DNA of 64,000 bases, taken from the sequence record PP175015.1, one strand, 5' to 3'. The notes under the pieces are model-generated. The model worked only from the letters and a program-made list of their open reading frames with translations, was not told the origin of the DNA and ran no database searches. Below, piece after piece: positions 41,773 through 51,283 of the stretch (within the stretch, counting starts at the first letter, position 1; each line of letters opens with the position of its first letter). Source of the DNA: Escherichia phage UE-S5a. Position numbers and translations under genes: made by a program.

Positions 41773-41805
41773 TAAAATCTCCAGTAAAAAACCCTCCGTA
41801 GAGGG

Positions 41806-42267
41806 TTAGATGTAAGGGGTTAAATCCGGGGGAGTGTAGTCTTTCCCCTTCATGACTTTCTTATTCTCATTGAAGACAGGTTCCCCATCTTCAAACTTAG
41901 AATAGTTAGAGCGATTGACTTCATTCAATGCTCCAGGGACATTCATCCCAAGGAAAGTACCGACGCCGGTTGCTGTAACAATCTGGTCAGCAAGACTATC
42001 AAGGATAGCTAAACGATGGCTGTTCGGTGCATATACCTCTTTGTCATCTTTTTTCATTAAATCAGACAATTCGGTTAATGCTGCAATGGCATTGTGAAGA
42101 ATATCGTAAGCATCTTCTGAGTTAGCGTATAACTCGTCTAGCATCTCTACTACTTCTTCCAGATGACAACCAATCTGGGTACTAATATTCTTACTCGTCG
42201 GATTTGGTACTGCTTTCCGGAACCAGGCTTCCGTATTTGCCAGCGTACAAACGGATGAACTTGTCAT
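41806..42267 (-). CDS. Hypothetical protein (possible MazG-like NTP pyrophosphohydrolase)
   Basis: Track start is GTG; ATG at 42267; acidic helical region HLEEVVEMLDELY; weak family call. Confidence 0.35.
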   Translation of the reverse strand: MTSSSVCTLANTEAWFRKAVPNPTSKNISTQIGCHLEEVVEMLDELYANSEDAYDILHNAIAALTELSDLMKKDDKEVYAPNSHRLAILDSLADQIVTATGVGTFLGMNVPGALNEVNRSNYSKFEDGEPVFNENKKVMKGKDYTPPDLTPYI

Positions 42268-42586
42268 GCTCACTCTCTTGGTTAAGGTGGCGATTATTAT
42301 ATGCCTCCAGAATTAAGTCTCTTACGTATGAGCGAATCTCATAAGCAGGACCAACTTGTTCTGATAGCCAATCAGCCACATGGGTTGGTAAAGGACGTAA
42401 TACGTTTTCCATGAATGTCCGACGTGTGTCGGCTGGTTCAATGTTTAAAGAACGCAATCGCAAAGTAACCGTAGTGGGGTGAACCCCCAACGTCTTAGCG
42501 ATAGTTGCGAGGGATAGCCCAACAGCATTCATACGAATGATGTCTTCATCAGTTGCTTTGCGATTACTTCTGAATACTTTACTCAT
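42191..42586 (-). CDS. Helix-turn-helix DNA-binding protein
   Basis: ATG 42586 with AGAGGA RBS (track start GTG); NAVGLSLATIAKTLGVHPTTVTLRL is a classic HTH. Confidence 0.5.
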   Translation of the reverse strand: MSKVFRSNRKATDEDIIRMNAVGLSLATIAKTLGVHPTTVTLRLRSLNIEPADTRRTFMENVLRPLPTHVADWLSEQVGPAYEIRSYVRDLILEAYNNRHLNQESEHDKFIRLYAGKYGSLVPESSTKSDE

Positions 42587-42648
42587 AGTACAATTCCTCT
42601 TCAAATTTACCCTCACTTTATTACAAGTGAGGGCATTTGAACAGGCTA

Positions 42649-44709
42649 TTACTTAACTGCTTTAACCAGCTTGGTAGCTAATTTAGCTTCTTCTTCAGTC
42701 AGACCCATTGCAGTGAATGACTTCTTAGCATGACGTTTATAGTCTTGCAGAGCATGGCCTTTCTGATAGTCAGAATATGACGTATCGTTCAGGATGCTAC
42801 GCAGATTATCAACGTGTTTACCAGAAGGAGCTACTTTAGAAGCAGCAGCAGAACGTGTAGGTTTAACTGTCTTATCCTGCTTAACAGCTTTAGGTTTACC
42901 AATAGGCTTAATTGTATAGGTAGCACGTACATCAGCAATCTTAGCTACCACGTCACTACCTACATCAAATGCAGCCCAAGGCTTACGAGCTTTGGAACGC
43001 AGTTCTACCAGAAGGTCAGCAGCAGCTAACTTATCTTCTGGTGTTGTTGCATTAAGGAACTCTTTAACCAGTTCCTGGATTTGTTCTTTCACAGTAGGAG
43101 CCTTCTTAATAACGGGTTTAAGGTCAGTAGCCTTCACTGGTTCAGCAGCTACAGCTTCATTCAGTGACTCTTCCATGTCCAGTGCTTCTTTGCTAGCAAC
43201 TGTACGGAATTGTTCTACAGAACCAGATGTGAGATTGGTGTATTTGAGGTTAGTACCACGATGTCCACCAACCATAATAAGTGTGGTAGGTGAACTATGG
43301 TTCCCAACGATGGCATCATTAAGTAGTTTCTTACCTACTTCAGTTTTAGACAAATAGATACCACTGTTAACGTTATTACGTTCCTCTTCCGGCAGTTCAG
43401 CAATAATGTGATACGCAGATACACGCATCTTATTAGTGCTGTACTGAGGAACAGCAAATACATCTTCTGGTGCTACTTTACCAAGGATAGTTACGTTACC
43501 ACCGAAGCTACGAATATAGCTCATGGATGCTACATGCAGACCGTTAGAACAGTCCTGACGACGGTCAGGATCTACCAGGTCTTCCCGTACCTGCACTTTA
43601 CAGCCTACCCACTGTTTGATGTTACCTGAGTGACAGTCAACGAATACACGTTTACCATCTTCTTTCCCTTTATACTGAAGGCGTTTAAGGAACAGGATTG
43701 AACCATCATCAGCGATAGGCAATTCAGCAGTTTCCATGAACTTCATCAGGTCTTCTACTGAGTGCAGACGGTCTTTAATAACCGGAGCCAGACGCTCAAG
43801 GAACTTAGTGAAGCCCTTGTAGTCTTTCAACTTGGCAGACTGACGTAAGTGACGTTGCAGGTTCTCAACTCCAGGGATAACCCCATCGTTGGTAACAGCA
43901 ACAACCACTTCATCTTCCTTCACATCAGTGTGAAAGTTAGCGTTATCAGTACTAATAGCACCTAATGCAGCTAATTTCTCGGATGCAGCAGCCAGCTTAT
44001 CCTGGTTCGTAGTTTTAGCTACTTCAATGTAAGGTGGTGGGGTATGTTTACGGCTGGTAAATACAATATGTACACCTTTGATATGCTTGGCTTGTTTAGC
44101 AAACTCACCCATTTCATCATCGGATACTGCACGAACTGCAACAGGCCATTCCTGTCTGAGCATGGTGTTGGTTTGTTCATACCCCCAACCCATTACGTCG
44201 TTAATAAAACGAACCAGTGCAGGATAGTTATGGTCCTTATCCCAGCCAGTAATCCACATCAGATTGTCACGTCTGTCGTAGCAACCATCTGATACTGTTA
44301 CTTCTGGTTCATTAGCTTGTACAGCCAGGAATGTATCCATAGCTTTAGATACTAATGTCTTGGTGGGATTGCCTAGCTTAATATCAGAAACGGCTTGGGT
44401 AGGTTGAACATCTGTACCATCCTGGAAGAACTCTTTGAGTTTAGCTTTAGCTACCTTGAAGAAACGGACGAATCCATTAGTGTTCTTCTCTGCTTCCAGA
44501 TACTCATTACGCAGTGATACTTCTGGTGCAATGTTTACTTCTATCAGGTCTTTGGTAATTCCCAAGCCTTTGGTTTGTGCTTCAGATACGATACGAGCAA
44601 CCCGTGGGTCGCTCTGTGGATATACAATTGTGGAGCCATCAGGCTTCCACAATGTTAAGTTTCGACTGTCAACTGCCAGTGCGATGATAGAAATCAGTTC
44701 GATTTTCAT
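42649..44709 (-). CDS. rIIB-like protein (tentative)
   Basis: 686 aa, immediately downstream of the rIIA-like gene; assignment by synteny only. Confidence 0.35.
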   Translation of the reverse strand: MKIELISIIALAVDSRNLTLWKPDGSTIVYPQSDPRVARIVSEAQTKGLGITKDLIEVNIAPEVSLRNEYLEAEKNTNGFVRFFKVAKAKLKEFFQDGTDVQPTQAVSDIKLGNPTKTLVSKAMDTFLAVQANEPEVTVSDGCYDRRDNLMWITGWDKDHNYPALVRFINDVMGWGYEQTNTMLRQEWPVAVRAVSDDEMGEFAKQAKHIKGVHIVFTSRKHTPPPYIEVAKTTNQDKLAAASEKLAALGAISTDNANFHTDVKEDEVVVAVTNDGVIPGVENLQRHLRQSAKLKDYKGFTKFLERLAPVIKDRLHSVEDLMKFMETAELPIADDGSILFLKRLQYKGKEDGKRVFVDCHSGNIKQWVGCKVQVREDLVDPDRRQDCSNGLHVASMSYIRSFGGNVTILGKVAPEDVFAVPQYSTNKMRVSAYHIIAELPEEERNNVNSGIYLSKTEVGKKLLNDAIVGNHSSPTTLIMVGGHRGTNLKYTNLTSGSVEQFRTVASKEALDMEESLNEAVAAEPVKATDLKPVIKKAPTVKEQIQELVKEFLNATTPEDKLAAADLLVELRSKARKPWAAFDVGSDVVAKIADVRATYTIKPIGKPKAVKQDKTVKPTRSAAASKVAPSGKHVDNLRSILNDTSYSDYQKGHALQDYKRHAKKSFTAMGLTEEEAKLATKLVKAVK

Positions 44710-44713
44710 CAGA

Positions 44714-47281
44714 TTAGTTACCTTTCAGTTTATTTAGACGATTACGGTAGAGGGACTTAAACCCAGGAATATCCTCTGGATTTTTCTTGAGGTGTTTAAC
44801 TAAACTCCCCAAGTCCAGACTCTGTAGTATGTCACCAGCACTCCAGCTATAGCTGAATAACCCCTTGTACTGATTAAGTATTTCAAAGTACTTATGATTA
44901 CGCGGATTAACCATCATTGTATATGGCTCTAAGTCATCAACTGACTTAATACAACCCATTTCAACAAGTTTTTCTTTGTTGTTATGTGGTCGATTCCGTA
45001 GAAAGTCATATGCCCATTCATACTCTGGTTTAAAAATCAGATTCTGTAATGGTTTGAATGTTAGACCAAGAATATCGAGGATTTCCCAGTATTCCCTGTC
45101 ATCTAATCCTACATATTCCAGAATACCAATACGGTGTTCAGTAACATATTTCTTGAAGCCTTTGCTGGTAATAACTGGCATCAGCTCCATAAAACGAACG
45201 TCATCAATGTGAATAGCACCACGTCGTTTAGCTTTGTTAGCTTCAATTTGATTGCGACAGACAACAGTCTCTGCTTTCATCTCGTCAGATAACTCATACC
45301 ATTTCCACATGGTTCCAATCCGAGCAGTTACAGGACTACCAGAACTAACCTGATTGGCTAGTACGTAGTACTTAGGCTGTTCCACTTCAACGAAACCGTA
45401 CTTCTCATGGAAGCTTGGGTCAGTAAAATCCTTGTCAATGTACGGCTTAGAATCCCAATCCCCACTTTTATTTCGTACAGGAGTAGTACCGAGAACTGCA
45501 TTCAACGAAATCAGAGCATTAGTTTTACCCCCTGCTTTGGTTTTATTGGCAGCTATCGTCTTAGCTCGTTTCTCAGCAGCTATCTTAGCTTGTTCTCTGC
45601 GGTAGTTAGTTGGTTTGTCCCACTCATTATATTGAGTGAGGTCAATTACCCGATAACCCATAGCAGTGAACTTAGCTACAGCTTCTTCTGCTGCACCCTT
45701 TTTAGGACTAACGACGTGAACAAAAGCTGTACGCTCCAGGTCACCTCGGTTGTACTCAGGGAAGTATGAGAAAGAGTCTGCACAGTCAGATAAACGTCGA
45801 GTAACTACAACGTTCTTGGTAGTGAATATACCAATACTCTGGTGGGAGTTATGGTACATCTTAAAGTAGTCAGTAAGTTTGCCTTTTATCAGGTCTACAA
45901 AGTTACCCTGGTTCATTATGTAACCAGACCATTTAATGCCAGTAGCTTTTAAATCAGCAAGCTGAGGTAAGTGCAGATGACGATATACTAATTCCTGGAA
46001 TGAGGAATATGTATTTGCTTCACGAGTATCCTTAAGGGCACGCATAGCCTTACCATACAACTTCTTAAGACCTGCATATTCGGGACGAGCTAGTAATGCT
46101 TTGTTAGATAAGTTACGCCAGTGCTTGATGTGATGCTTACGTTGCTTAGCCCATAAACTAGAGGACATATAACTTTGAACAATTGGGTCTGTAACAGCAA
46201 GTAGGAAAGATGGATACTCCCAAAAGCGAGTAGAGGATTTAGAGGCGTATTCTTCAACCTGCTTAATAGCTTCAGGAATTTTAGCCCTAATCTCTTTCTC
46301 CATACGGTCTACTAAATCTACACACAGAGTAGTAATACCATCGTCAGTTAACTTCTGGTTAGACAGTGTTTCTCGACTAGGAGCAATAGCTAGAGTATCA
46401 GGTGCAGCCTGAACCACCAGATTAGAAGCACCAATGATATTCATAAAGTTGAGGATAAGACCTACAGCCTCTTCACTAGCTGGGCTGGATACAATTGGGT
46501 ACATTACGTTACCGTAACGAACGAATATGTTACTGTTACCCATATAGCCTTGATACCATCTATCAGACATATCGTATGAACCAGGTTCAAATGACATTCC
46601 TAGTGTATTCAGTAGAGTGTAGTCACCTTGCTGAATACTATTACCTTCTTCTGTTTTAACGAGTTTAGGGATACTAAGTTCAGCTTTAATCTCACCGTTA
46701 AATACTATTGATGTGATGTAATGTACAAAGGTATTTAAATCATGCTTGCCTAACTGGAATTTAACTTCCAGCCCAGATTCCTCAGTAGGAATATTAGTAA
46801 CAATAGGAACAATGCCTGGTTTACCGTCATTCTCAATCGCAGCTTTAGCTACGTTATATACCGACATCTTTCCCTGGTTCCATGAAGTAACCTGGAAGCT
46901 ATCTGTATAAGCGAACGGGGATTTACATCCCAGACCAAAACCACCAGTAACACTACTGTTGGCTTTCTTAGTAGATGCACCATAGACACCATAAATGGAA
47001 CCAATGAGTTCATCGGGGATGCCATTACCAAAGTCACGGAAGGTAATAAAGTTGTCTGTATCAATAGTGATACGAATAGGGGTATCAGTCTTACCTGCTT
47101 CAATATGAGCATCCCAACTGTTACAGATAGTCTCACGGACTACTGCCAGAGTAGGATTGTTATATAAGGAAGTACTTAATACATGGAAGAATGCCGGGTC
47201 ATCAGAGATGCCAAAGGCAATTGTTTCTTTGCCACCCAGTGTCGCTGAGGTAGCTACTTCATTGGTATCTGCAACTAACAT
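44714..47281 (-). CDS. rIIA-like protein with N-terminal GHKL-type ATPase domain
   Basis: GHKL motifs: ETICNSWDA (N box), RDFGNGIPDE (G1), GGFGLGCKS (G2); 855 aa. Confidence 0.55.
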   Translation of the reverse strand: MLVADTNEVATSATLGGKETIAFGISDDPAFFHVLSTSLYNNPTLAVVRETICNSWDAHIEAGKTDTPIRITIDTDNFITFRDFGNGIPDELIGSIYGVYGASTKKANSSVTGGFGLGCKSPFAYTDSFQVTSWNQGKMSVYNVAKAAIENDGKPGIVPIVTNIPTEESGLEVKFQLGKHDLNTFVHYITSIVFNGEIKAELSIPKLVKTEEGNSIQQGDYTLLNTLGMSFEPGSYDMSDRWYQGYMGNSNIFVRYGNVMYPIVSSPASEEAVGLILNFMNIIGASNLVVQAAPDTLAIAPSRETLSNQKLTDDGITTLCVDLVDRMEKEIRAKIPEAIKQVEEYASKSSTRFWEYPSFLLAVTDPIVQSYMSSSLWAKQRKHHIKHWRNLSNKALLARPEYAGLKKLYGKAMRALKDTREANTYSSFQELVYRHLHLPQLADLKATGIKWSGYIMNQGNFVDLIKGKLTDYFKMYHNSHQSIGIFTTKNVVVTRRLSDCADSFSYFPEYNRGDLERTAFVHVVSPKKGAAEEAVAKFTAMGYRVIDLTQYNEWDKPTNYRREQAKIAAEKRAKTIAANKTKAGGKTNALISLNAVLGTTPVRNKSGDWDSKPYIDKDFTDPSFHEKYGFVEVEQPKYYVLANQVSSGSPVTARIGTMWKWYELSDEMKAETVVCRNQIEANKAKRRGAIHIDDVRFMELMPVITSKGFKKYVTEHRIGILEYVGLDDREYWEILDILGLTFKPLQNLIFKPEYEWAYDFLRNRPHNNKEKLVEMGCIKSVDDLEPYTMMVNPRNHKYFEILNQYKGLFSYSWSAGDILQSLDLGSLVKHLKKNPEDIPGFKSLYRNRLNKLKGN

Positions 47282-47324
47282 TTATTTACTCTCCAGATTA
47301 AATGTTGCTTCTTGGTTATGACTA

Positions 47325-47549
47325 TTAAGAATCTAATGCTGATTTACAGGCTTCAAAGATTACTTTACGTAATTCCCGTTCTTTTTCCGGTTCCTCGTGG
47401 GGACTGTAACCAAAGGGACTGTTTTGCATAAAACTAGCCAGAATTAGTAAATCTTCTTCAGATAGACCATCAATAGCGATGGAGTATTGGTTTTTGCTTT
47501 TTACTGTAGCGTTAGCCATTTCGTTTCTCCGCCATTGCTTGTAGTACAA
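47325..47549 (-). CDS. Hypothetical protein
   Basis: 74-aa ORF. Confidence 0.35.
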   Translation of the reverse strand: MYYKQWRRNEMANATVKSKNQYSIAIDGLSEEDLLILASFMQNSPFGYSPHEEPEKERELRKVIFEACKSALDS

Positions 47550-47874
47550 ATACTACAGCATCTGAAATTTGGTCATCGGTTGGTTCAACTAATTGACCAT
47601 TCTCATCATACATTTCTTTCAGAAGTGCATTCAGTTCAGCCATACCAGCCAATACCATTTCCTTACTTGGTTCCAGCCATAACTTACGTTCCTCTGCCAA
47701 TGCAGCAATGCACATACACAGGGACGCAATATTTGCTGGGCAAGCAGCAATATCACCAGTTACCACAATTTCACTAAGTGGAACAGCTTTACCGGTTTTA
47801 CTATGAATAACTTCAGGATTAATCATGGATTTGCTCCAGGTTATGAGCAGGAATAGGGAAGCATGGATAGTCAC
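47512..47874 (-). CDS. Hypothetical protein
   Basis: 120-aa track ORF; true start probably internal. Confidence 0.35.
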   Translation of the reverse strand: MTIHASLFLLITWSKSMINPEVIHSKTGKAVPLSEIVVTGDIAACPANIASLCMCIAALAEERKLWLEPSKEMVLAGMAELNALLKEMYDENGQLVEPTDDQISDAVVFVLQAMAEKRNG

Positions 47875-48061
47875 CGGTAGGGTCCAGTGTTACTGATACA
47901 TGCAGTGTATTTGTCATTTGGGTTAACATCAGAGCAGCATTGAAATCGTCCTGGATACAGGCATATACAATGTCACCCTTCTCTCCCTCACACATTACAG
48001 GTGTGTCTTTGATACGGTATTTAGCAGGCATATGCCCTCCTAAAAGAGTTAATAGAATCAA
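47819..48061 (-). CDS. Hypothetical protein
   Basis: 80-aa ORF. Confidence 0.3.
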   Translation of the reverse strand: MILLTLLGGHMPAKYRIKDTPVMCEGEKGDIVYACIQDDFNAALMLTQMTNTLHVSVTLDPTGDYPCFPIPAHNLEQIHD

Positions 48062-48090
48062 AAAAAGACCTCCCGGAGGAGGTCTTAGGT

Positions 48091-48330
48091 TTACTTACGA
48101 CTTCCTTCTACGAAAAGTCGTATTTGTTTTTTCACTTCTTCTTTCTCACGTATTGCTTCGTAGTCACGAGCAAAGTAGTAAACACACCATAATCCAATTT
48201 CACTTACAAAGAACAGAATACTAGCTCGAATGAACTGCATATCTGTTTCTACTACAAAGGCAACTTTGTATGCGTAGGTAAGTGTTAATAGGGTACTAAT
48301 TAGCATTGCGTACAGAGCTAGTTTTTTCAT
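48091..48330 (-). CDS. Small membrane protein
   Basis: 79 aa, two predicted TM helices; overlaps ThyX stop. Confidence 0.4.
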   Translation of the reverse strand: MKKLALYAMLISTLLTLTYAYKVAFVVETDMQFIRASILFFVSEIGLWCVYYFARDYEAIREKEEVKKQIRLFVEGSRK

Positions 48331-49271
48331 TCAGTAATAGTCTCACCAGGAATTAACTTACGGAATTGGATAAAGTGAAGCAGGTTACCTGAGTACAGAT
48401 TCCCTTCTTTATCCATGGATGTAACACCTTGTTCCCATGTAACTGGGTTCATGTTATTTACATACTTCTCACCAAGGTTCATAGGTGTAGCCTGATGTTC
48501 CGTTGGGGAAGCATGAATAGGTTGGTTTTCCACTAACTTAGCGAATAAGCCAAGGTCTTCCTCGATAGTAGATGGTCGTCCTTCGAAGTTGTTATAGGAA
48601 GCACGAGCACAGCGTGCAGCACTTACTTTGAGAAGTAGTCCATGCACTTCTGCATCACTTGGTTCATCGCGTGTAACTCGATTGCGTTTGCAGAAATTGT
48701 AAGCCCCAACACGGTCAATATGAGCAATATATGGCAGATGCCATTGCCCATATGGTAATGCTCTCGGTGTACTTTCTTCCTGTGCCTTACGCATTGCTTG
48801 AGCCAGTTCACGAATCTCTGGTTGTGCATCTTTGTGGTCACGCAGTCCATAGAAATTAGCCCAGCTGGTTGAAGTTACCACTACACGAATATGCGTGAAT
48901 GGTTCCAGAATACGGTTAACAATCTGCTTATGTACTTGCCCACGTCGTAGCTGTTCTGCATACACAGCAGCAGCAGATGCAGCGTTATCCCAGATAAACT
49001 TAGCATCCTCAATCTCCATAGGAGTGAGTTCTTCTTCTGCTTGCATACCTTTCTGGTTCTTGCCCCAGTGACTAGGCATCACTGGTTCATTACGAACTTG
49101 TTCGATGAACTTAGCCGTGGGAATAGCACGACTGCTTGAGGCATTACGGTTGAATACACGGTGGGTCATAAACTCACTGTGAATGAATCGGGGATAAACC
49201 AATTCAAAGGTAGTAATACGAGTTCCTGTTTCTGGGTGAACGGAATCTGCAATGACAGTTGCCTTAATCAT
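48327..49271 (-). CDS. thyX: Flavin-dependent thymidylate synthase (ThyX)
   Basis: SEFMTHRVFNRNASSSRAIP matches ThyX RHR...S..R signature region. Confidence 0.65.
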   Translation of the reverse strand: MIKATVIADSVHPETGTRITTFELVYPRFIHSEFMTHRVFNRNASSSRAIPTAKFIEQVRNEPVMPSHWGKNQKGMQAEEELTPMEIEDAKFIWDNAASAAAVYAEQLRRGQVHKQIVNRILEPFTHIRVVVTSTSWANFYGLRDHKDAQPEIRELAQAMRKAQEESTPRALPYGQWHLPYIAHIDRVGAYNFCKRNRVTRDEPSDAEVHGLLLKVSAARCARASYNNFEGRPSTIEEDLGLFAKLVENQPIHASPTEHQATPMNLGEKYVNNMNPVTWEQGVTSMDKEGNLYSGNLLHFIQFRKLIPGETITE

Positions 49272-49714
49272 TAGAATGACCTTAGATAGTTGGTGATACC
49301 ACTACGGTTTTCTGTAATTTTCTTAACCTGAACATATACCAGCTTAAACTCACTACGGGGTAGTTCTTGTAATACTGCTACACCTTCAGTAAGGGCCACA
49401 GAACACGCTACAGCGGTTTCTTTTTTAAAGGAGTATAAGTCTTCATACATGAGGGCTTCATACTCCCTGCGGAGCATACAGAGAGCATCTCTTGCCTTAT
49501 CACTTACTTCTTGTGAACCAGCAGACATAGCTAAGCTGTATATGATAAAGATTTGTTCAAAAACAAAGTCCAGTAATCTATCAGGATTGTTAGTCCCCAT
49601 GAATAATTTTGATGTGTAGGAACGGGCTTTACGGTTGAGTTCATACTCATCCTCTATGCCTTTATTGTAAAGAACAGGATTTCGTTCCCTTTTCCGTAGG
49701 AATGGGATACGCAT
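49271..49714 (-). CDS. Hypothetical protein
   Basis: 147-aa ORF, ATG start, coupled to ThyX gene. Confidence 0.45.
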   Translation of the reverse strand: MRIPFLRKRERNPVLYNKGIEDEYELNRKARSYTSKLFMGTNNPDRLLDFVFEQIFIIYSLAMSAGSQEVSDKARDALCMLRREYEALMYEDLYSFKKETAVACSVALTEGVAVLQELPRSEFKLVYVQVKKITENRSGITNYLRSF

Positions 49715-50103
49715 TAGTATTTACTACCTCTTCTATACCAAGGGTAATGATGGGTAGTGCTCTTGCCTTTGAACACATCCTTAGTACGAGGATTCTTTTG
49801 TATTTGAGCCAGGTAAAGATGCATTTCGTCGTAACACGGACTAAGCCAGAACTTATCTATGATTCGGTCTACCTTAGATTTCAGATGAGGTTCTGGTGGA
49901 ATATATGAAGAAGTATTAAAAGGTTTTCTAGTAGTCCAATTCTTCATAATAATATTTTGCATTACTGCATAAACATCAGGACCAATTCCATTCTCTTCTA
50001 CTTGATCATGGATAGTTTTACCCAAAGTAAGCATTGCAGTTTGTTCCAGCTTACTTAAGTCCAGTCCTTGCAGGATAGACTTACCATTTTGTCTGCTTGA
50101 CAT
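49714..50103 (-). CDS. Hypothetical protein
   Basis: Track ORF extends through an upstream terminator hairpin; start moved to ATG 50103. Confidence 0.4.
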   Translation of the reverse strand: MSSRQNGKSILQGLDLSKLEQTAMLTLGKTIHDQVEENGIGPDVYAVMQNIIMKNWTTRKPFNTSSYIPPEPHLKSKVDRIIDKFWLSPCYDEMHLYLAQIQKNPRTKDVFKGKSTTHHYPWYRRGSKY

Positions 50104-50114
50104 AAGAGTACCTG

Positions 50115-50146
50115 TAAATAAAAAAGCCCACGGGTTAGGTGGGCTT
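50115..50146 (-). terminator. Candidate rho-independent terminator (minus sense)
   Basis: AGCCCAC-gggttag-GTGGGCT preceded on + strand by A-run. Confidence 0.4.
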
Positions 50147-50220
50147 GGGTTAGGAGATGGATAAGCAATGAGCTGGAAGTAACTTCCGCAAGCACCACTA
50201 TGCAATGATGCTTAGGTTAG

Positions 50221-50463
50221 TTACTCTGCTTTACTGCCACCATTGGTTTGAACAACAGTTACGTTTGTAACTTGGTTCTGACCTTTGTTGGACAGTGACC
50301 AAATCAGTGCTACTACCCAGAAGACTAAAGACCAGCCTAATACAATATTAAGCACACCAATGCCCCACTTGGAGGCATGGCCTCGTGCAAAAGCAATGAT
50401 AGTAGGGATGAGGTATACAGCTAATACAAACAACATAACAAGGATTGCTGCTAAAGATTCCAT
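50221..50463 (-). CDS. Superinfection immunity (T4 Imm-like) membrane protein
   Basis: ATG 50463 with AGGAA RBS (track start GTG); about 80 aa; IPTIIAFARGHASKWGIGVLNIVLGWSLVFWVVALIWSL resembles the Imm family conserved core. Confidence 0.5.
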   Translation of the reverse strand: MESLAAILVMLFVLAVYLIPTIIAFARGHASKWGIGVLNIVLGWSLVFWVVALIWSLSNKGQNQVTNVTVVQTNGGSKAE

Positions 50464-50536
50464 GATGGTTCCTATGTGAGGTTGAGTTAGTTTCTTCACA
50501 AATAGCCCAACTATGCTGGGCTATTTAGGCAGCTAC

Positions 50537-50746
50537 TTACTCAGCATCTTTGCTTGCAGGAGCAAGAGCTTTCTTCAGGTAATTGCGTACTGAACGATAG
50601 GTTTCTTTAGTATCCATAGCACTATCATTTACGAAAGTGATACGTGCACAATCAGACAGCGGAATCTGCTCCACTGCAATTACATTTGCAGCATTAATGG
50701 TTACACGTACATCTGAGGTTGCATGAGTTACTTGAAATACTGACAT
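50537..50746 (-). CDS. Hypothetical protein
   Basis: 69-aa ORF. Confidence 0.35.
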   Translation of the reverse strand: MSVFQVTHATSDVRVTINAANVIAVEQIPLSDCARITFVNDSAMDTKETYRSVRNYLKKALAPASKDAE

Positions 50747-50776
50747 GTTGTTTCCTTAATTAAGCCGGATAGCCTT

Positions 50777-51283
50777 TTATTTTGAAGGTCTAGCAGCTAC
50801 TGGTTTGTTTTCCTGATTCTGATACTTACCATTGTAATTAGCAGGTTCTTGAACCAGATGAAATAATACTTGAGCTATCCCAGCACCAGCCGGGATATGC
50901 AATTTCTTACGACCGTGATAGACCAGTTCGAGGGTAAGATACCCTTTCCATCCTGGTTCTATTACGGTATTGAACACTGATAATGCACGTCTTGCCCATG
51001 TAGACTTATCGTGAACGATTGCTACACAGGACGGGGACATGTTGAACTTCTCAATTGCTGAGGCCAAGGCGAACTTACCGAGATGGCGTGATACTTGATT
51101 TCCATCAACGACTTTCACCATTGGAATCAGCCCAAATAAGCGATAGAAGGTAATATCTTGTTTGATACGAATATCATAACCAGCTTCACCTAATCCATAG
51201 CTTACACCATGCTCTGATACCTTATGGTCTGGGACATCCAGCAACTGAGATGAACGGTATAGAGAATTACCATTAACAACCAT
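50777..51283 (-). CDS. dcd: dCTP deaminase
   Basis: KSTWARRALSVFNTVIEPGWKGYLTLEL matches the dCTP deaminase/dUTPase-fold signature. Confidence 0.7.
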   Translation of the reverse strand: MVVNGNSLYRSSQLLDVPDHKVSEHGVSYGLGEAGYDIRIKQDITFYRLFGLIPMVKVVDGNQVSRHLGKFALASAIEKFNMSPSCVAIVHDKSTWARRALSVFNTVIEPGWKGYLTLELVYHGRKKLHIPAGAGIAQVLFHLVQEPANYNGKYQNQENKPVAARPSK

